DNA from: Candidatus Aenigmatarchaeota archaeon | GTDB taxonomy: Archaea; Aenigmatarchaeota; Aenigmatarchaeia; PWEA01 | Length of the DNA: 64,000 nucleotides | Assembly: GCA_046539305.1 (NCBI GenBank) | Contig: JBKHHE010000002.1 | Location: forward strand, 35,928-99,927 | Direction: 5' to 3' | Shown: positions 29,384 through 37,008 of the stretch, piece after piece | Position numbering within the stretch: position 1 is the first letter of the stretch | Layout of the letters: the number at the start of each line of letters is the position of its first letter | Made by a program: the position numbers and the translations under genes | Notes under the pieces: generated by a model | What the model was told of the DNA's origin: nothing | Database searches by the model: none | The model's input: the letters and a program-made list of their open reading frames with translations, nothing else

Positions 29384-29559
29384 CGGGGGTAACCAAGTGG
29401 TCAAAATTGAAATTTTGACTTTCGCCAGCAAGCTGACGAAATGGTCAAAATATGGCCAAAGGTGCAGGACTTAAGGCAACTTAAGTGTTGAGGTATAAAT
29501 CCGATGATAAGAAATCCTGTGGCTTAGTGCCTTCGTCGGTTCAAATCCGGCCCCCCGCA
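29383..29559 (+). tRNA. tRNA-Leu (anticodon TAA) with about a 53-nt insertion in the D-loop and about a 38-nt intron at 37/38. Its first base is the last base of the rpoD stop codon
   Basis: Acceptor GCGGGGG/CCCCCGC; anticodon arm CAGGA-CTTAAG[...]A-TCCTG; T-arm GTCGG-TTCAAAT-CCGGC. Confidence 0.65.
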
Positions 29560-29574
29560 TCAGTTGGTGGAAAA

Positions 29575-29928
29575 ATGAAGAAGACAAACCCCGTATTGAA
29601 GGAGACTATACAGGAGATCGAAGAGAAAGGCAGAAAGGAAAATGTAGACATATGGAAAGACGTGGCTGAAAGGCTGAAAAAGTCCAGGAGAAAGAAGAAT
29701 TCCGTAAACATATCAAAGATAAACAGGCACGCGGAGGGTGGTGACGTGATCTTAGTTCCGGGAAAGGTGACCGGATACGGAAACCTTGACAAAGAGGTTA
29801 CGGTTGCGGCTCTTTCATTTTCGAACGGAGCAAAGAAGAAGGTGGAGGAAAGAGGCGAAGCTATAAAGATATCTGAACTGATCGAGGAACATCCTGAAGG
29901 TCAGGGAGTAAAAATAATGGAGGGTTAA
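29575..29928 (+). CDS. rpl18e: 50S ribosomal protein L18e
   Basis: L18e homology from the internal Met (MKKTNPVLKE...); upstream part of the longer ORF overlaps tRNA-Leu and is discounted. Confidence 0.85.
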   Translation: MKKTNPVLKETIQEIEEKGRKENVDIWKDVAERLKKSRRKKNSVNISKINRHAEGGDVILVPGKVTGYGNLDKEVTVAALSFSNGAKKKVEERGEAIKISELIEEHPEGQGVKIMEG

Positions 29929-29929
29929 G

Positions 29930-30328
29930 ATGATAGTAGATGCAGAAGGACAGGTGATGGGAAGACTTTCGTCGGAGATAGCGCCCAAACTTCTTGACAA
30001 GGAAGAGGTAGAAGTGATCAACTGCGAAAAAGCTATAATCACTGGAGACCCGGAAAAGACCGTGGAAAAATACCTGGAGAAGAAGAGCATAGGCACCCCC
30101 AAGCACGGCCCGCAAACCTCTCTAAAGCCGGAAAAGATACTCAAAGACTCGATAAAGGGCATGCTTCCCATGGACAAGGGCAGAGGAAGGGAAGCGATCA
30201 AAAGGCTGGAGGTTCAGAGAGGTAACCCCGGGGAGAAGGAGGGCAAAAGGGTTTCAAAAAGCGCTTCCGAACTAACGACAAATTATATAACTCTTGAAAA
30301 ACTATCAAGGAAGATAGGTGGAAAATAA
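29930..30328 (+). CDS. rpl13: 50S ribosomal protein L13
   Basis: L13 homology. Confidence 0.88.
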   Translation: MIVDAEGQVMGRLSSEIAPKLLDKEEVEVINCEKAIITGDPEKTVEKYLEKKSIGTPKHGPQTSLKPEKILKDSIKGMLPMDKGRGREAIKRLEVQRGNPGEKEGKRVSKSASELTTNYITLEKLSRKIGGK

Positions 30329-30726
30329 TGGAAACGGCAATAGGTAAAAGAAAGGAAGCCAGTGCACGAGTCACAGTGGAAAAAGGCGACGGAAAGGTAA
30401 GGATAAACTCCCGGCCCCTTGAGAGTTTTAGCGATGAAATGATAAGGCTAATGGTAAAGGAACCTCTGGAACTGGCCGGTGAACTCACAGAAGAAGTGGA
30501 TATAGAGGTTGACGTCTCCGGAGGAGGGAAGGTAGGCCAGGGTGAGGCCGTGAGACAGGCAATAGCCAGAGGTCTGGTGAAATTCTCCGGAAGTGAGGAG
30601 TTATCAGAGAAGTTCGAGGAATACGATAGATACCTTCTCGTCAGAGATGACAGAACGACCGAACCGCATAAGCCTTCTGTATCCACAAAGGGCGCAAGAA
30701 AACACAAGCAAAGGAGCAAGAGGTGA
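30328..30726 (+). CDS. rps9: 30S ribosomal protein S9
   Basis: S9 homology (C-terminal ...KGARKHKQRSKR). Confidence 0.9.
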   Translation: METAIGKRKEASARVTVEKGDGKVRINSRPLESFSDEMIRLMVKEPLELAGELTEEVDIEVDVSGGGKVGQGEAVRQAIARGLVKFSGSEELSEKFEEYDRYLLVRDDRTTEPHKPSVSTKGARKHKQRSKR

Positions 30727-30730
30727 AAAG

Positions 30731-30925
30731 ATGATAATACCTGTGAGATGTATCAGCTGTGGGAAACCTGTAGGACACCTCTGGGAAGAATACAAGGAAA
30801 GGACTCAGGACGGTGAAGAGCCCAAAGAAGTTCTCGACGACTTGGGTCTGGAAAGATACTGCTGCCGAAGCCTCTTCTTGACCCACACCGATCTGACAAG
30901 TAAAGCCGCCAAGTTCAAGAAGTGA
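30731..30925 (+). CDS. rpoN: DNA-directed RNA polymerase subunit N
   Basis: MIIPVRCISCGKPVGHLWEEY... classic RpoN/Rpb10 zinc motif. Confidence 0.88.
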   Translation: MIIPVRCISCGKPVGHLWEEYKERTQDGEEPKEVLDDLGLERYCCRSLFLTHTDLTSKAAKFKK

Positions 30926-30964
30926 GCCGCATAATCTTTATTTATTAGAAAGACAAATCTACTG

Positions 30965-32368
30965 TTGGTGGACAGCTTGAAGAAAGTCCTTCTGATTTTT
31001 TCGGTGCTTTTTGTATTCGCAGCTTTAATCCCCAGCTCTCTAGCCATGGAAGTGAACTATGAAGGGAAGGGATCATGCAAATTTACCCCCTACACCTATG
31101 AAATCAACGTAACCAACGGACAGGAATCCAGGGATATAATCAGGATTGGGGCTCCACGCAACCTGTCCAACTGGGTTTCAATACAGAACCGTATAATGGT
31201 TTTAGAACCCGGTGAATCGGAGACAACGGACGTCAAGGTTGACCCTCCCCAGGATGTCAAGATGGGGGAATACACGGCGGGAATATCCTTCACTTCGGAA
31301 GAATATCCTGAACTGAGCCGGACCGAGGAGATCTGTTTCATTGTCCTAAGAGAATACCGTATGGTTGCGGAGGAGTTGCAGGTAAAAAAGGAAAAATATA
31401 AGCCGGGTGATACGGTGGAATATTCGATCGCCGTTGAAAACGACGGGACCAAAGACTTCGAAGACGGTGAACTGAAGGTTGAGGTAATGAAGGGAAACAA
31501 CGATGTGAAGTCCGTGGTCACGGACTTCGACCTCGTGGCAGACAGGAAGAAAACGGTCAAAGATTCCTTCTCACTGGACAAGTATGAGAGCCCGGGGGAA
31601 TATGAACTTGCCTACGAAGTAATCGGAGCAGGAAGAGTCTGGACCGATGGCAAAGAATCCTTCGAAGTTGACCCGGTAGCAGAAACGGAAAGGAGTAAGA
31701 CGGTTAACAGGGGGTATCTGGGCTCCACAAAAACTATAGAGGTAAAAAACAAGGGTAACTCGGCGCAAAAGGAAAAGATTATAGAAGAAATTGGTCTGCC
31801 TGCAGCACTACTTGTTACCGCTGAGGAAGCAGAAGTGGAAAGAAGTGGACTATCAAGGATTTATACCTGGGAACTGGAGCTTAAGCCCGATGAGACTGGA
31901 CAGGTAAGTTATAAAATCCATTATTGGCCTGTATACCTTCTTCTGATACTTGTAGGGATTATAGCCTTCAGGAGCTACCTTTACCTGAAAGCTCCCGTAG
32001 TGGAAAAAAACGTCACGAAGAGCGAGATATCTGGAGATAAAAGAATTTTGACTGTGTCCCTGGAGATAAAAAACCGCCTCTTTGGAAGGGCGAAGAACGT
32101 GGTCTTGGAGGATTCGGCACCTTCTGTTACAAGGGTAATAGAAGATTTTGACACTGTGGAACCTAACGTAGAGAGGGGCGAGGAAGATACCGTACTGAGA
32201 TGGAAGATTGGAAAAATCAATCCAGGTGAAAGCAGGATTATACACTACAAGGTTAAGGTGCTCCTGGAGTCCGTCGACTATCTGAAGTTCTCGAAGGCAA
32301 AAATAAGAGGAGGTGTCGACGGGAGAACGTTTGAGAGGTCTTCCTCATCCGTAAAAATAGAGGTTTGA
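30965..32368 (+). CDS. Secreted/surface protein with signal peptide, CARDB-like (VxNxG) repeat domains and a TM helix near residue 310
   Basis: N-terminal hydrophobic signal; IAVENDGTKDFEDGELKVEV-type motifs; hydrophobic segment WPVYLLLILVGIIAF. Confidence 0.45.
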   Translation: MVDSLKKVLLIFSVLFVFAALIPSSLAMEVNYEGKGSCKFTPYTYEINVTNGQESRDIIRIGAPRNLSNWVSIQNRIMVLEPGESETTDVKVDPPQDVKMGEYTAGISFTSEEYPELSRTEEICFIVLREYRMVAEELQVKKEKYKPGDTVEYSIAVENDGTKDFEDGELKVEVMKGNNDVKSVVTDFDLVADRKKTVKDSFSLDKYESPGEYELAYEVIGAGRVWTDGKESFEVDPVAETERSKTVNRGYLGSTKTIEVKNKGNSAQKEKIIEEIGLPAALLVTAEEAEVERSGLSRIYTWELELKPDETGQVSYKIHYWPVYLLLILVGIIAFRSYLYLKAPVVEKNVTKSEISGDKRILTVSLEIKNRLFGRAKNVVLEDSAPSVTRVIEDFDTVEPNVERGEEDTVLRWKIGKINPGESRIIHYKVKVLLESVDYLKFSKAKIRGGVDGRTFERSSSSVKIEV

Positions 32369-32732
32369 ACTTTCTCAGGGGGAAAGATTTATAAAAATAA
32401 ACTAAGAAGTAAGAGAGGTTTTTGGTGAGGTCCTTTAGAGTACAGTGTTGTGGTATATTAGGGTCATCCGCCAGAAATTAAGTGTGGAATCATCCCCTAT
32501 TTACTGGTGGTATAGTCCACACTTAATGGTCCTTGTTGGGGAGACAAAGGCCAGACTGGGCATTACCTTCCAAGAAATGGTATTCAGGTAGTCTTGCCCA
32601 GTCATATTGGTTTATTGTTGGTCCTTTGTCTATTTTAAAGTTTGGTATAACGATCGTCGAAATAAATCTTTTTGAAGTAATCAAAATGGGAAACCAAGGT
32701 AAATTTTAAAAGTCTTGTCTTCAATTATTAGG

Positions 32733-32852
32733 AAGGCTGGCGGCCAAAGCGGAGGGGCAACTCCCGTACCCATCCGAACACGGAAGAAAAGTCCTCCAGC
32801 GATTTGGTCAGTATCCTCAATCCGAGGAGAACTCCAGGACGCTGCCAGCCGC
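32733..32852 (+). rRNA. rrf: 5S ribosomal RNA
   Basis: GGCUGGCGGCCAAAGCGGAGGGGCAACUCCCGUACCCAUCCGAACACGGAAG...GCUGCCAGCC closes a terminal helix; matches the archaeal 5S consensus (CCGAAC, GGAAGUUAAG-like, AGCG). Confidence 0.75.
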
Positions 32853-32914
32853 TATTTATTCTCCGGGCTAAGCATAAATACTTAAAAGGTTTGTCACAAG
32901 AATGTTATGTCGTT

Positions 32915-33012
32915 GCCGCGATGGTGTAGCGGCTCAACTCTCGAAGAGAGGGGGCCAAGCATAGAGCCCTGTCGAGGCTCTGACCCGGGTTCAAATCCCG
33001 GTCGCGGCGCCA
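32915..33012 (+). tRNA. tRNA-Asp (anticodon GTC) with about a 22-nt insertion in the D-loop region. CCA is encoded
   Basis: Acceptor GCCGCGA/TCGCGGC; anticodon arm GAGCC-CTGTCGA-GGCTC; T-arm CCGGG-TTCAAAT-CCCGG. Confidence 0.65.
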
Positions 33013-33050
33013 ACTAACAAATGACGTGGTCCTTGACCACGTCCTCTGCC

Positions 33051-33191
33051 GGGCCCGTAGCTCAGTCTGGGAGAGCACTGGGCTTTTAAGAACACTTTGG
33101 AAAAACGTTCATGGAAAAATATTTTGATGGACCTTTTTCGAAAAGGTTCTAAGACACCCAGGAGTCGCGGGTTCAAATCCCGTCGGGCCCA
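33051..33191 (+). tRNA. tRNA-Lys (anticodon TTT) with about a 67-nt intron at 37/38
   Basis: GGGCCCG-TA-GCTC-AGTCTGGGA-GAGC-A-CTGGG-CTTTTA[intron]A-CCCAG-GAGTC-GCGGG-TTCAAAT-CCCGT-CGGGCCC-A. Confidence 0.75.
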
Positions 33192-33338
33192 TTTAAGACT
33201 TTGTGTTTGTAAACATTCATATGGTAAAATCGACGAAAGATTTGGATGAAACCTTTGGGAAGAAGAATCTTCCCAATACTTGGAACTCGGTTCCAATATT
33301 TTCTAAAGGTTTCTTCCTGGATCCCGTCGGGCCCATAA
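33192..33338 (+). repeat. 147-bp element directly 3' of tRNA-Lys(TTT), ending in a 16-bp direct repeat of the tRNA 3' end (ATCCCGTCGGGCCCAT); identical to copy 2 at 41209-41355
   Basis: Exact sequence identity of the two copies; internal 9-bp hairpin TTGGGAAGA-AGA-ATCTTCCCAA and palindrome GGAACTCGGTTCC. Confidence 0.8.
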
Positions 33339-33460
33339 GAACCTCAAAGCCATTAGACACCGAAACACTTATAAACGTTAACATATAATAGACAACACCA
33401 GTCTTGGAAACTTTCTTGAAAGCAGAGGGTATGTAGTTTTGTTTAAAAGTTGGGGAGAAA

Positions 33461-33706
33461 ATGGCCGAAGAGTATGACGTAACGGACCACATCCAGGTTC
33501 CGAAGCATGAGGTTCTTTCATCCGAAGAGAAGGAGGAGCTGCTCGAGGAGCTAGAGATAAAGAAAGAACAGCTCCCAAAAATCTACGACAGCGATCCTGT
33601 CGTAAAGGAAATCGGAGCCTCAATCGGTGATGTGGTCAAAATTACAAGAGATAGCCCCACTGCTGGGAAGGCAGTTTATTACAGGCTCGTCGTAGAGGAA
33701 AAATAG
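33461..33706 (+). CDS. rpoH: DNA-directed RNA polymerase subunit H
   Basis: RpoH/Rpb5 homology; directly precedes rpoB. Confidence 0.88.
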   Translation: MAEEYDVTDHIQVPKHEVLSSEEKEELLEELEIKKEQLPKIYDSDPVVKEIGASIGDVVKITRDSPTAGKAVYYRLVVEEK

Positions 33707-33707
33707 A

Positions 33708-35207
33708 TTGTGGTTTGCCATGAGAAAGGGAAAATTTCAGTCCCTGTTGAAAGCGTTCAAATCTGAAAAGGGCTTCGCGCAGTACCAGATAGATGCCTTC
33801 AACCGTTTCGTTGACAAAAGGTTGCAGGCAATAATAGATGAGATAGGAACCATAGAGCCCGAATCAGAGAAGCTTGGAGAGTTCCTCATAGAGCTTGGAG
33901 AAGTGAGAGTGGGAAAACCATCAGTAAAGGAAGCTGACGGGAGCCTGAGACAGATACTGCCACAGGAGGCCAGGCTCCGTGACATAACTTACGCAGCTCC
34001 CATCTTTCTTGAAATGACTACAAAAGCCGACGGTGAGATACATGAAGAAAGGGAAGTTAAAATAGGTGAGCTCCCGATTATGGTTAGGTCCAAGAAGTGT
34101 CCTCTCTCAGATATGAGCGACGAGGAACTTATTGAGGCAGGGGAGGATCCGGAAGGCCTTGGAGGCTACTTCATTATAAATGGGACGGAAAGGGTATTGA
34201 TGCTTCTGGAGGAAGTCGCACCCAACAGAATAATAGTGGAGAAGAAGGACAAAAAGAAGGTTGAATACGCCGCCAGAGTAAATTCGGAAAGGAGGGGATG
34301 GGGACAGAGGCATACAATAAATAAAAGAAGGGACGGTCTTCTGACAATTTCTTTTGCAAACGTTCGAAAGGTTCCGTTGGTGGTAGTGATGAGGGCCCTG
34401 GGTCTAGAAACCGACAAAGATATCGTCGAATCTATAACGGAGGAGGAAGAATACCAGGAAGAGATATATGCTAACCTCTACGAAACCGAGGTTTCGGACA
34501 CGGAGGAGGCCCTGGACTACATAGGGAAAACCATGAACGTCTCGGAAAAGGATTATAGGAAGGAGAGGGCACAGGAAGTCATAGACAAATACCTCCTTCC
34601 TCATATAAGCCAGGACGAAGAAGACAGGCTTGATAAAGCAAAATACCTTGGAAGGACCGCGAAAAAGATACTGTACATCTCAAATGAAGATATGGAGCCG
34701 GACGATATAGATCACTACAGAAACAAGCGGCTGAGGACCAGCTCGGACCTGCTCGAAATACTTATTAGAAGTAAGCTTCTTGGAAGGGTGGGCCTGATAT
34801 CAAGGATAAAATATAACTACAAGAAGATAGCAAGAAGGGGGAAGGTGCCAACGATAAATACAGTGGTTGAATCGGACATGCTCACTGGCCAGATTCAATC
34901 CGCCTTCGCCACGGGACTCTGGGTTGGAGGCAGAACGGGGGTCTCCCAGAGGCTTGAAAGGACCAACTATGTGAAAACCCTCTCCCACCTGAGGAACGTG
35001 ACATCTCCCCTATCCACACAGCAGGAGCATTTCGACGCCAGACAGCTCCATGCCACCCACTGGGGACGTCTTGGAGCGACGCAGACGCCTGAAGGACCTA
35101 CCATCGGTCTGAGAAAATACCTCGCGATCATGGCATCCATATCTACTGGTCTTGATCAGGAGGAGGCAGAAGACGTCCTGAAGGGCCTGAAAACTGAAAT
35201 TTCATGA
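33708..35207 (+). CDS. rpoB2: DNA-directed RNA polymerase subunit B'' (N-terminal part of split B)
   Basis: RpoB N-terminal homology; separate ORF ends 4 nt before rpoB1. Confidence 0.93.
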   Translation: MWFAMRKGKFQSLLKAFKSEKGFAQYQIDAFNRFVDKRLQAIIDEIGTIEPESEKLGEFLIELGEVRVGKPSVKEADGSLRQILPQEARLRDITYAAPIFLEMTTKADGEIHEEREVKIGELPIMVRSKKCPLSDMSDEELIEAGEDPEGLGGYFIINGTERVLMLLEEVAPNRIIVEKKDKKKVEYAARVNSERRGWGQRHTINKRRDGLLTISFANVRKVPLVVVMRALGLETDKDIVESITEEEEYQEEIYANLYETEVSDTEEALDYIGKTMNVSEKDYRKERAQEVIDKYLLPHISQDEEDRLDKAKYLGRTAKKILYISNEDMEPDDIDHYRNKRLRTSSDLLEILIRSKLLGRVGLISRIKYNYKKIARRGKVPTINTVVESDMLTGQIQSAFATGLWVGGRTGVSQRLERTNYVKTLSHLRNVTSPLSTQQEHFDARQLHATHWGRLGATQTPEGPTIGLRKYLAIMASISTGLDQEEAEDVLKGLKTEIS

Positions 35208-35211
35208 TAAA

Positions 35212-37008
35212 ATGTCTGATGTATTTTTGAACGGACGGTTTGTAGGAGAAACGGAAGAGCCAAAGGAACTGGTCAGAGAAATTCGTGAGAAAAGAAGAGA
35301 TGACACAGTTCCTAAAGAGTTTAATATAAATTACAACAAGGAGGAAGGGAGTATACGGATAAACACCGATTCCGGTCGCGTCAGAAGACCACTGATAAGG
35401 GTGGAAGATGGAGAACCTTTGCTATCAGAAGAACACATGAAAAAACTGGAAGATGGAGAACTGGGATGGAAGGATCTGGTTGAGGAGGGTATAATCGAAT
35501 GGGTGGACGCGGAAGAGGAAGAGCTTCTGCTCATAGCTGCGGAAAAGGAAGAGCTTACCGAAGAGCACACACACCTTGAAATACACCCTGCAAACATACT
35601 TGGAATAAACGCTTCGCTCATACCGTTTCCCGAATACAACAGGGGAGACCGTATAAGTTACGGCGCGAAGATGATAGGGCAGACCCTGGGATTTTATAGC
35701 GCCAACTATCCCCTGAGGGCTGATACAAAAAGCAACCTTCTCACCTATCCACAGACTCCTCTTGTGACTACGCAGTCCGAAGCCGCGGTAGATCTAGAGA
35801 ACCACCCCGCAGGACAGAACGTAGTCGTGGCGCTTCTTTCCTACAAGGGTTTCAATATAGAAGACGCAGTTATAGTTAACAGGAGCAGCGTGGAAAGGGG
35901 ACTGGGAAGAAGCTACTTCTTCAGAACCTACGATGCCGAGAAACAGAGGTACTCGGGCGGCCAGGAGGACGAAATAAAGATTCCTGACAAGGATGTAAGA
36001 GGTTACAGATCCGAAGAAGCATACTCACGGCTTGCTGAAGACGGTGTAATCCCACCTGAGATGGAGGTGGGAAGTGGAGATGTACTCGTTGGGAAAACTT
36101 CCCCTCTGAGATTTATGGGGAGCGGAGACTTTGTCACAGGTATACAGAACAGAAGGGAAACCTCCGTAACCGTCAGACATGGCGAAGGTGGCGTAGCGGA
36201 CAAGGTTCTCCTTTCCGAAACGGAGGAGGGAAACAAACTTGTCAAGGTCACTTTAAGGGAGAAGAGAGTACCGGAGCTTGGAGATAAGTTCGCGACCAGA
36301 CATGGACAAAAGGGTGTGATAGGTCTCCTGGAGCCCGAAGAAAACCTTCCCTTCACCAAGGATGGTATAACCCCGGACATAATCCTAAATCCCCATGGAA
36401 TACCTTCCAGACAAACCGTAGGGCAGCTATTGGAGGTTTTAGCGGGCAAGACGGGCGCTCTTGGAGGAAAAAAGGTAGATGGAACTGCGTTCAGTGGTAG
36501 AGAAGAAAACGATTTAAGGGAAGAGCTGAGGGAACTGGGTTTCAGGTCCGATGGAAAGGAGGTACTATACAACGGGATGACGGGTGAAAGAATGGAAGCT
36601 GAAATCTTCCAGGGTGTCGTATACTACGAGAAACTTGAACACATGGTGTCCAACAAGATACATGCCAGGTCCCGTGGACCTGTTACTCTACTCACAAAGC
36701 AGCCCACTGAAGGAAGGGCGAAAGAAGGTGGGCTCCGGCTTGGAGAGATGGAAAAGGACTGTTTCGTCGGTCATGGCGCCTCAATGACCCTTAAAGAAAG
36801 GTTCTCCTCGGACGAGGTCAAACTACCGGTATGCAAAAAGTGTGGTATGATAGCAATGGAAAATGAAACGGAAGGAGAGGTCGTATGCCCGATGTGTAAG
36901 GGAAGTGAAACGGAAGAAGTGGAGATGAGCTATGCCTTCAAACTTCTCTTAGACGAGCTGAAATCAATGGTTATATACCCAAAACTGGATGTAGAGGAGA
37001 TGGTATAA
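35212..37008 (+). CDS. rpoB1: DNA-directed RNA polymerase subunit B' (C-terminal part of split B)
   Basis: RpoB C-terminal homology incl. zinc motif CKKCGMIAMEN...CPMC. Confidence 0.93.
   Translation: MSDVFLNGRFVGETEEPKELVREIREKRRDDTVPKEFNINYNKEEGSIRINTDSGRVRRPLIRVEDGEPLLSEEHMKKLEDGELGWKDLVEEGIIEWVDAEEEELLLIAAEKEELTEEHTHLEIHPANILGINASLIPFPEYNRGDRISYGAKMIGQTLGFYSANYPLRADTKSNLLTYPQTPLVTTQSEAAVDLENHPAGQNVVVALLSYKGFNIEDAVIVNRSSVERGLGRSYFFRTYDAEKQRYSGGQEDEIKIPDKDVRGYRSEEAYSRLAEDGVIPPEMEVGSGDVLVGKTSPLRFMGSGDFVTGIQNRRETSVTVRHGEGGVADKVLLSETEEGNKLVKVTLREKRVPELGDKFATRHGQKGVIGLLEPEENLPFTKDGITPDIILNPHGIPSRQTVGQLLEVLAGKTGALGGKKVDGTAFSGREENDLREELRELGFRSDGKEVLYNGMTGERMEAEIFQGVVYYEKLEHMVSNKIHARSRGPVTLLTKQPTEGRAKEGGLRLGEMEKDCFVGHGASMTLKERFSSDEVKLPVCKKCGMIAMENETEGEVVCPMCKGSETEEVEMSYAFKLLLDELKSMVIYPKLDVEEMV

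Noticed and set aside
32991-33296. 101-aa minus-strand ORF, and its twin 41122-41313, starting MEPSSKYWEDSSSQRFHPNLSS
   Set aside because: Both are antisense to tRNA-Lys genes and the 147-bp repeat. The identity of their N-termini is just a by-product of the duplicated DNA, so they are not real genes.
33192-33338. Integrated provirus or plasmid at tRNA-Lys
   Set aside because: The att-like 16-bp duplication is real, but only about 130 bp lie between the repeats and no integrase or other cargo gene is present. It is reported as a miniature element or scar, not as a prophage.
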